A stretch of 64,000 nucleotides of DNA from assembly GCA_964035545.1 (NCBI GenBank), contig OZ037773.1, positions 2,943,751 through 3,007,750 on the forward strand, in the 5' to 3' direction. Shown here piece by piece: positions 55,310 through 64,000 of the stretch (position 1 is its first letter; each line of letters begins with the position of its first letter). The position numbers and the translations under genes were made by a program. Source of the DNA: Bugula neritina. Lineage: Eukaryota; Animalia; Bryozoa. Under the pieces are notes generated by a model, which ran no database searches, was not told the origin of the DNA, and saw nothing but the letters and a program-made list of their open reading frames with translations.

Positions 55310-58300
55310 TCATCCTGAAGCAAACTCGGACATTTTGTCATACTTTGGCTTCTTGGCTTGATGATTTGCCTTCCTTGACAGTCTAAAACATAATAAACCA
55401 CTCACTCAAAACTCATACTATGTGAATGTCCAGCTATTTGCTACAATTGCCAACTAAAGAGAAGGGGAGCAGCCATGGTCTAGGGGTTGGAGCACTGATA
55501 GGAAATGCAAGGTTGGTGACTCAAACCCCAGTAAAGGCCATTGGTGATGCTAGGAAGGGCATTCAGTCATAATTGCTTCTTCGACATAATAGAAAATAAG
55601 TCTTTAGCTAGCTTAAACATACTCCACTCCATTAGGGGTTATCACCGGGATGGTGAGAACACACTTAAACTATAAGCGTTATTTGACTAAAGAAAAGGAG
55701 TAGAGAAATGAAAATCCAAGTTATGAATTATAAATTATACTGAATGATGAAGTTGATGTGGTAAAAGTTGATGTGGTAAATGGGAAGGTCAAAATCAAAG
55801 TGATGTGCTATACTGAGGAATGTGCTCAATTATGAAACCTAACTGCTTATGAAAAGCATCACCATGAAGGGCCAATAGTTCTGACAACTCTAACAGCTGC
55901 TAATTTGGAAAACCTTTACGAATCACAGCTGACTAAACACCACATGTCCACCTTTCAAACCAGGTCAGCTTTCGGTGGCACAACCTCTGTGAGGACCACC
56001 AGCTGTTAATAAGAGAGAAGTGGATATGAAACTTGCCTTTTTCGGTTATCCATCTTCTTCGAAGTGGAACCCCCAGTCATGGCAGTAGGCGCTTCACGCA
56101 GACAGAAACTCTTTGCAAGGTGCCCCAGATGCAGGTGCTTGAGGTGGAAGATATGCTTGACACTGGCAGGGTATGTCGTGTATGACCTCACAAACGACTG
56201 GAAAGCTACAAGAAACACATATGAGTGAACATCCAGCCACTAGCTTACCAACAATTCCTAATATACTGCTTGCCATATAGAGGTCTGTAAAGCCAGGAGC
56301 TATTTGACACTATTTGTCTGGGAATATTAGCTAGTGAGAAGAATATGTGGAACAGTATAATATCTTGATATGAACACAAAAAGCTCAAGTGAAATAGTCT
56401 AAATTCTAGAATGAGTTGAAACATAAACAGGTCTGAGTTGGATGTAAGTTTGTTTGTGACTGATATCCTACATCTACAAATTTCAAGTAAAAAATAGTAA
56501 ATGCTAATCAAAACGTGGAATTGCCCAAATTGACCTCTGCATTAGACTTCAACTAGCGGCATCTGGGGGCTTCAAATTACTTTGAAGTTTAATCTATAAG
56601 CCAAAAATTGTGCCAGAAACAAAACTATCACAAGCTCAACAGAATCAAGGGTAGACTTGCTCAAAAACCACATACATATCAAATCAATTTCCATCCCACA
56701 CAACTTCTTGATGTTGAGTCTTATATTTGCAAAAGAGCTCCAAGAATGTGAACAAATTGAAATATAAGCAACAAATTAGAAACAACTGAAAAGACGAAAC
56801 ACTGAGACAGAAAGAAATGCAGAAGGTGGTAGAACCGCTTTATACTCACCTGACTTGGCCTGAGCAAGTCTCTCTCCCCCGTTGTACGTCCACTCCTCCA
56901 TACTTTGCTGCAGAGCTGTTGCTGCTTCCTGAATCCTCTGAGGAGCTTGTCTGCCCGTGTGTCTACTTCCTGACTTCTTCGGCAGAGAAGCCGATTCGGC
57001 CAGACAGGCTTTCAACACCGAGTTCATTTCTATTGACTTCAGACTGCAACAAACAGCAACCTTATTATTACTATCTACAGATTCAACAGATAAAAGATGA
57101 CGGACTTTTGAGACTTGAGATTATAGTGGAGAGTTGCCTTCTCCTGAACACTTAATAGTTACATCAAAGTTACCACCAATAGCCTTGAATAGCCAGATAG
57201 TTTCTGTTTTACAACAGTTTAGAAGTTGATTCGCTATTTGAAAATTTAGTAGTTTTACCAAAATTGACTATTACCGTTTTTCGCCTTGAAAACCTAAGGA
57301 ATAGAGCCGACAGCTAATTGAAAAATGAAAAACAAAAGGAATGAACTCACCTAATTTTTGATGAGTTTAATGTCTCCAAATACTTGACTTCACTTGGCAG
57401 AAGAAACAAGAGTGCGTTACCTATAACACCAATCCTGGCCGTCCTTCCAACTCTACAGAACACATAATTTGATTGGCTCAGACATGAATCTATTGTCACT
57501 GCATGACCTTTGTAGGTGATATAGTGCTAAAACTCGCAACATGGAAATAATATATTTTATACTTCAAAATGAAGATCACCTCAAGATGAAAGACGCAAGA
57601 TTACATTGTCATATAAAAACAACCAACATATAAACCTATATTGGACTGACAGAACAACCTACAAAAGAAAATGGTGGTAGCAAGACGAACCTATAAACAC
57701 ACAAGAGTTGTGGCCTCGTAGAGATTGGAAAGAAATGTGTTTACACAGACTATAGTTTACCTGTAGGATAGAGTTTACCTGTAGGATAGAGTTTACCTGT
57801 AGGATAGAGTTTACCTGTAGGATAGAGTTTACCTGGAGAATATGGTTCACCTAGAAGACAGTTTACCTGGAGAACACAATTTACCTTGAGAATATATTTT
57901 ACCTGTGCACGTAATCTTCAGTGGAGGCGGGAGCACACAGCTGCACTATCCAGTCTACACTGGGCAGATGAAGTCCCCGAGCTGCCACATCTGTACAGAG
58001 TAGTACGCCAGACTCTGTGGCCGCAAACCTCTGGAATACTTCTGTACGGTACTAGAAATACAAGTATAGGGCCGATGTTACAACGTCACAGAGCTTGACA
58101 CAACCACATGTACGTAGGGCCGGTGTTCCAACGTCACAGAGCTTGACACAACCACATGTACATATGATACAGTGGCTACAGCCACGGTTGGCACAAAAAG
58201 TTTAAATGGAATACTGAACTACTGTAAACACCTCGTAGCTTGTTAATGTGAAAAAACAACAACAGATTATGCAAAGTCTTAAGTTGCGTTTATACCTTCA

Positions 58301-61300
58301 CGATTTTCGGTCAAAATTTCAATTTGGCCGGGTTGAAATTTCTCCGAGTTGCATTGCATTGTAAAAGCCACCCGTTGAAATTTTTGTACTGTGATAACTT
58401 AATCGGCCAATTTTAGAATAGGAGTAATAACTCCTTGTAAACATCGTTATCTAGTTATTACTTTGGCGATTAGACAACGTACTTATACGGTTATAATTAC
58501 ATAGCCTACGCCTTCTCAATTATCGCTTTTATGCTTTCCGCTTCACCAATTCACGACGTTTACAAAGGGCATCAAATAGCTATTATACGAGTCAAATTTC
58601 AATTTCAGAAAGTGAGCAACCGCATCAATATGATTTCAACGAGTTTCGGTTTGACTATAAAGGGGTACCCGGACAAGCATTATTAACTTAAACTCGGTAC
58701 TTTTTTCAGCAGAGGTATAAACGCAACTTTATTTACTTGATAAAACAGCGAGTAAAGTACTAGACAAGACAGAAAACTCATTTATTTTTTGTCATAAAAT
58801 AACAGTTGTTTATATTGTAAGCTCCTCCCACTTATTACATCTATATAAATAATTAAATACTGTGTTTCATATAAGGAATTCAAACTAATAAACCAGTATC
58901 TGATCCACATCTCTATAAACGCCAACAGATTATTATATATATACAAATAAGTCCCTACAACCAAGACAATAAGACAGATTCAATGACCAGAACTACATAG
59001 TAGCACTTCACAGTTTAAAATATATAACTTGTAGCTGCACCTTCTGTTCCATGTCGCCGTGTAACGCAAATATGTCAAATATGGTGGTGGACGCTTCGTC
59101 ATCATCACTGATATCTGAGGAATCATCTCCCTTGTCAGTGTTTATTGTTCCCTCAAACAGCATGTAGTAAAACTGAACTACTTCTTGGGTGGGTAGAAAG
59201 ACTATCACCTTGTGCTTACTAGACGAATGCTACAGGAAAACAAAGTTGACTGTAATAACATTATGTTTAAACCTACAGCAAACTGAACTGTATGGTAGTT
59301 GAGTGATTCCCTGGATTAGCAGACAACTCCCAGGGTGAGCAGTAAGTTTGCACCATGTACTAAATATAGTATTATGACCCTTGTTCTAATATGGAAGACT
59401 ATTGAAGTATAATTGTCAAAATATTCTGTATGCACGTAGAATGTTAGCTATACACATTTTCAGACCAGATTCTTGCCACGTTATTTGAAGTCAATAGAGG
59501 CTAGAATATAGATGTAGGACATTCGTTATAGTGACTGGAAATATAATGATAGCAAACACAGCTGTATCTAGAGCCTATAGAACTAAGCTGCTGTCTCAAG
59601 AGTCTAGCAGCTGCCTATAGGGTCTAGAACTGAGCTGCTGTCTATAGAGCTACGCTGCTGCTGCTAGTTCGGCTTCTGCTGCCAGTTCGGCTGCTGCTGC
59701 TAGACTTACATACCAACCTTGCATTTATCTAAGATGAAAGCTGCTAGTGTGACGAGCCTAAGTTTACTGGGTGTGATTGTGTAATACTGGTTGAGAGAAG
59801 AGGGAAGAGAGAACGCCCCTTCACAGCTGTCTGTTGCCTGTAGGATATACATGTAACATAATCTCACACCAACACCCTTGCCTGACAAACCATGTAAAAT
59901 GGGAATACACTGGATTTTTACGACATGTATTATTCAGCTATAAATATTCATGTTTGACCGACGTCATGCAATACATGTAAGAGGAAATTTGGTTCCATAA
60001 TTAAAATAACGATCGAGAAAGTTATTTGAATTGTGGTTCACTGAGTCAATGAAATAATGACGGAGATATTTAAAGGAAGTTCAATTGAACTTTCTCTCAC
60101 AAACTCACTTGATGTGAGATGCTGGAGCCGTCACTACTACTAGTATCTGATATGTTGATGGTGACTGGATCAGTGAGAGCAACGCTGGCCAATCGTTTGA
60201 CGTCAGTGCTTAGTGTAGCGGAGAGCAGAATCATCTGAAGGTCGGGACGTGAAGCCTCCTCCCCAACCCCCACACAACTAATCTTCTGTCTCTGCTCCAG
60301 TATGCAATTCATTAATTTGGTTACATCCTTCTCAAAGCCCATATCAAGCAGCCTATAGAAATCATGAAAACAGATAGCCTTAGATTTAAGGATAAGCAAG
60401 GTACAATGGGGCACCTTATGAAACAATCTTTAAAATCGGCCTTTTTACACAAAAAGTTGGTCCATTAAAACTGTCTACATTTACCACTGTGTTCACCACC
60501 ACTTATTTGTAACACACATATCTGGTCAACATAGTCAAATTGCTTTCTTAGGAGAGTTGGAAGTTGTCTTCTTACTGTAGAATAGATAGACTAACCTGTC
60601 AGCTTCATCTATGATGAGATACTCCAGCATAGAGAAGTTGAGTGAGTTCGTACAAGTAGAATGTTCCAGAAGCCTTCCTGGCGTAGCAACGAGTATGTTG
60701 ATACCTTTTCTCAGCCTCGCCTTCTCTGACTTTCGGGATTCACCGCCTATCACCATTCCCGGTACAATCCAAATGCAACTCTGCAATGCATAAAACAATG
60801 CAGTTTAGTATTATAACAGAGCGTTACAGCTCTAGTAATATAGCAAATAAATGCTACGGGCATACTATTATACCAACAAAGTTCCTCATGTATAGCTCAA
60901 ACATGGTAAAAATGTTTCAATTCTGGAAATAACCTGTGATAGCAGTGAATTACAGCTAATTTAAGTGTAGTACATCACAACATGTGATATCATAATCATA
61001 GCAAAACCTGTGCTGTTGAAATAAATAGCAAAATATAATTTGACACAAAATGAAAGCATTTAGAAAACCTCACCAGTAAGCTTTACAAGTATAACCAAGC
61101 GGCGAAGCAATAGTAATAGGAAGATAACTCCAATAAGAAAGTAAAACTGATAAATTTGAATGACTCACTTGAACCAGTTTCTTGAGAACAGCCAAAGACT
61201 GTAGAGCTAATTCCCGAGTTGGTACAAGAACCACTGCAAGCACACCATCCGCCCTTTTTATTTGGTTAGCCTTAGATCTAAGACTTTGAACTAGCGGCAC

Positions 61301-62962
61301 TGCGTAGGCGAGGGTTTTACCCGAACCTGTTTGGGACTTGACCAGAGCATCCCTGCCTCGTAGAATATGGGGAACAGCTTGCTGCTGAACTTCTGTCATC
61401 TCGGCTAAACACATCTTGTCCAAAGTTGATATCTGAAATCATCGTCACGCAATATTGTGTTCACCAGCCAGTGTAAAGCATAAGAGCAAAGTCTTAACAC
61501 AACGCAAGAGAAAAATGCACGGGCACTTTTAGTATATGCAGGAAAAAATAAAATGGACTCATTGTAATTCAAATACTTTGCACTTAATATTTTTTGGGTT
61601 CGACAAGTCAAAACTACAAATCTATAAAAAGACAAAATTAAGTTTTTCGTCCAAGTGTAGACAATATAAAGACTATTAAATTGAGCTGCCAAAATGTTTT
61701 TATATCAAGTTTGATAGTAAGTTCATTTATACACAAAACTGTGTTTGAAAAATACGAATCAGATATTAAAAACTTGTCTTTGTTCACACAAAAGTCTTAC
61801 CAAGTGTGGGTGTAGGGGCAACTCTGAAAATAACTTTTTACTAAATATTTTCTCTTCACTTCTTTTAACATCTTTTCTGAAATAAGTGACGGAGTATGAC
61901 AACATGAAGATAAATAAAACAAGCATACGGCTTTGTGGGTATTCGTACTGATCAACATGACAAGTGTTAATGATAGTATGAAAACATGGATCTAGATATG
62001 AGACAAATAATATTAATGGCTTAGTGAGTATGTCTGCTGATACAAGACAAATGGTAATTCTAGGCACAAAATTTAAACCTCACAAAGGTCCTTAGTGATG
62101 GTAGAAGGGCAACTATGTACAAACTGACTTTGTGCTATATAAGATAAAAAGCTTTCACATTGCATTGTCAACATGATTAAACACAGAAGAATGTAGCCTG
62201 CCGAAGTATTGTGAAGGAAAGTGAGGGCGGAAATCAGTATCAGCTTAACTTACTGGTTAATAGATGGGATATCTGGGTTTTTATTAAACAGGGAGGATAT
62301 GACATGTTTAGACTGGGTTCTGGGTTGAGCCTTGCGACTAGACTCAGTGGTGACAGATTTCCCATCTTTCTGAGAAACTACTTTTTCAGACAACTCTGAT
62401 GTCAATTGCTCATTATTCTTATTAGTAGTATCTGAAACAAAAAATGATATGTAGTTGAACAGCAAAGACAAACAACTACAACTTGTTGCTACAGTGACAA
62501 AACGTTAGCAACTTACCAGAGGTTTCAGTATTCTGCTTCAGTCTAGCCTCATTATAGGTGCCAAGCTCTTTTCTTGAAACTTTGTTACCAGCTATAAACT
62601 TCTTTATTTTAGAAAGCTTTCTTTTCCGTATTCGCTTTTTCTACAACATTATCCCTTATTAGTTATTAGGTATAGTAACTAGAACATATCTTGAGCTGAA
62701 TTTAATTTTATACAATTGCATTTGCTGATTAATTATTTAATAATTATAACTAATAAATAGCAATAATAATGATAATATAAATCATGTTATCCAGTTAAAT
62801 TTCAAAAGTGAATGAATGAAACTCAAACTAAAAATCAAAATGTGTTTCAATTTCAATTTGTAAGCGTCTAACTTTATCATTTCCATAGGATTGCTTGTTG
62901 GACTTCGTTGGGCCATCTCCCAGATTGATATTCAAAAGAAGAGAGCTGTCAGGCAGGTCCAT
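55310..62962 (-). CDS. DDX31: ATP-dependent DEAD-box RNA helicase DDX31/DBP7, about 718 aa
   Basis: 14 exons: 62873-62962, 62517-62640, 62254-62431, 61801-61876, 61169-61432, 60596-60780, 60109-60352, 59718-59837, 59041-59229, 57903-58051, 57351-57452, 56850-57043, 56037-56205, 55310-55382. Motifs [40 protein letters not shown] (DBP7-type), [36 protein letters not shown]. Confidence 0.95.
55464..55657 (+). mobile_element. tRNA-derived SINE, copy 5 (duplicate of copy 4), in the last DDX31 intron
   Basis: ggggagcagccatggtctaggggttggagc...ctaggaagggcattcagtcataattgc. Confidence 0.8.
57752..57905 (-). repeat. 16-18-bp tandem repeat of the DDX31 exon 10 donor (gtaaactctatcctacag)
   Basis: Eight consecutive GT...AG units follow the real donor at 57902. 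Confidence 0.92.
58067..58161. repeat. 48-bp direct duplication beside the DDX31 exon 10 acceptor
   Basis: tagggccg(a/g)tgtt(a/c)caacgtcacagagcttgacacaaccacatgtac twice, at 58067 and 58115. Confidence 0.9.
58281..58729. mobile_element. About 450-bp non-autonomous DNA transposon with perfect 17-bp TIRs (Kolobok-like, TTAA-type flank)
   Basis: aagttgcgtttatacct ... aggtataaacgcaactt; left flank ttaa, right flank tta; CpG-richer interior. Confidence 0.7.
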
Positions 62963-63779
62963 TTTGAAGTTGGCGAGTACTTGATTTACAAAGTGCTTCA
63001 GCTTCAAAATGTATAACAATTATTATTTGTTTCAGGAGCCTTGAACTTGAAGCAAATGAAGCGACTCAATATTACTAATACTAAATTGTTGATTACATTT
63101 ACTGATTTACCAAAATGCTCACGATATTAACTAAACAAGACACCGGTAGAGCGGGTTACAGAGGCAACATCCAAAAGGTTGAAGATTACATCTATTTCAG
63201 TTTACCGAAGTTCTACAAAGTATAGAATTATAAGCTAAATATAGTATAATCTGCCATCCTATATAAATCGTTCATGCTTCGCAAAACAGCATGATCAGTG
63301 ACGTCTTAGTATACACTGGTTACAGCTTAAATATTTCTATTATGAGATGTCAGGGGTTAATTTCCGTTTAACAAACACTTGGTGAAATGCGCTAGTTGAA
63401 TTTTTTTCTCCAAACATAAGCTGAAACTGAGCGTGTTACAAGTAATTATTTCAATTTGTAAAGAATAAAGATTATCATTAATTGTTATATGACCTATCAT
63501 TTTATTTTAACATAACTACTATCATTAAACCCAAAATCTAATTGAAAATAAAATTTTGATCAAATTTAAATTGAACTTGGCCTCTAAACCTGGGGCTGGA
63601 TAACGTTCGAATTCTAAGACGAAGTCTAACAGTAACTCTTACTCTAACCCCACAAGTGACACTCACACTGACAGTATTTCTCTTACTCTTAGGTTTTTAA
63701 TTATTAGTATTTTTTTTTAAAAAAAGTTCTAGTTTTTAACGGCTAATGCTTGAATATAAATGACAGAATATCGATAGGC

Positions 63780-63920
63780 CACACGATACTCATACTCATA
63801 CTGACTCATACTCATAGTCAGTCATACTGATTGTAATACTTGAGACCCAGTCGTAGTCCGTAGCGGTAGTGAGTCCGTAGTCGTACTGATACTGATTATG
63901 ATACCATTATCACTACCTCA
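63780..63920. repeat. Degenerate hexamer repeat (CATACT/GATACT), upstream of DDX31
   Basis: gatact-catact-catact-gact-catact-catagt; reverse complement of the repeat type at about 14.0-14.2 kb. Confidence 0.7.
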
Positions 63921-64000
63921 TAATCATAGATTAATTTTAATAAACTTTATATTAATTATATTGATGCACTTGCAGTCTAGTGATGGTCTCATACTCTTAG

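Larger units (their letters stand above)
46811..55703 (+). repeat. Tandem segmental duplication, copy B (about 8.9 kb)
   Basis: Colinear with 37588-46701; about 110 bp of unique junction at 46702-46810. Confidence 0.97.

Overview
AT-rich, intron-dense animal (invertebrate-type) genomic DNA; the ORF track mostly shows exon fragments and repeat artefacts. Spliced models built by hand from GT-AG sites and frame continuity: (1) a 3-exon GPI-anchored Ly6/uPAR three-finger protein (+, 1340-3435); (2) an uncharacterised class I SAM-methyltransferase-like gene with a CxxC motif (-, 7762 to about 13568); (3) a 29-exon DCC/neogenin/frazzled netrin receptor (+, 15858-40370, 4 Ig, 6 FN3, TM, P1/P2/P3, about 1453 aa); (4) an 8-exon orphan gene in two copies (41988-45048 and 51070-54027); (5) a 14-exon DEAD-box helicase DDX31/DBP7 (-, 55310-62962, about 718 aa). 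A tandem duplication of about 9 kb (37588-46701 / 46811-55703) copies the last four receptor exons, the orphan gene and the last DDX31 exon; the detached exons stay intact with mostly synonymous changes. The most striking non-coding signal is an intact minimal type I hammerhead ribozyme (- strand, 35102-35152) between 59-bp inverted arms and (TA)n tracts in a receptor intron, the architecture of a Penelope-like retroelement end. Also present: tandem repeats that reiterate splice donors, a tRNA-derived SINE family, several MITEs and many intronic minisatellites.
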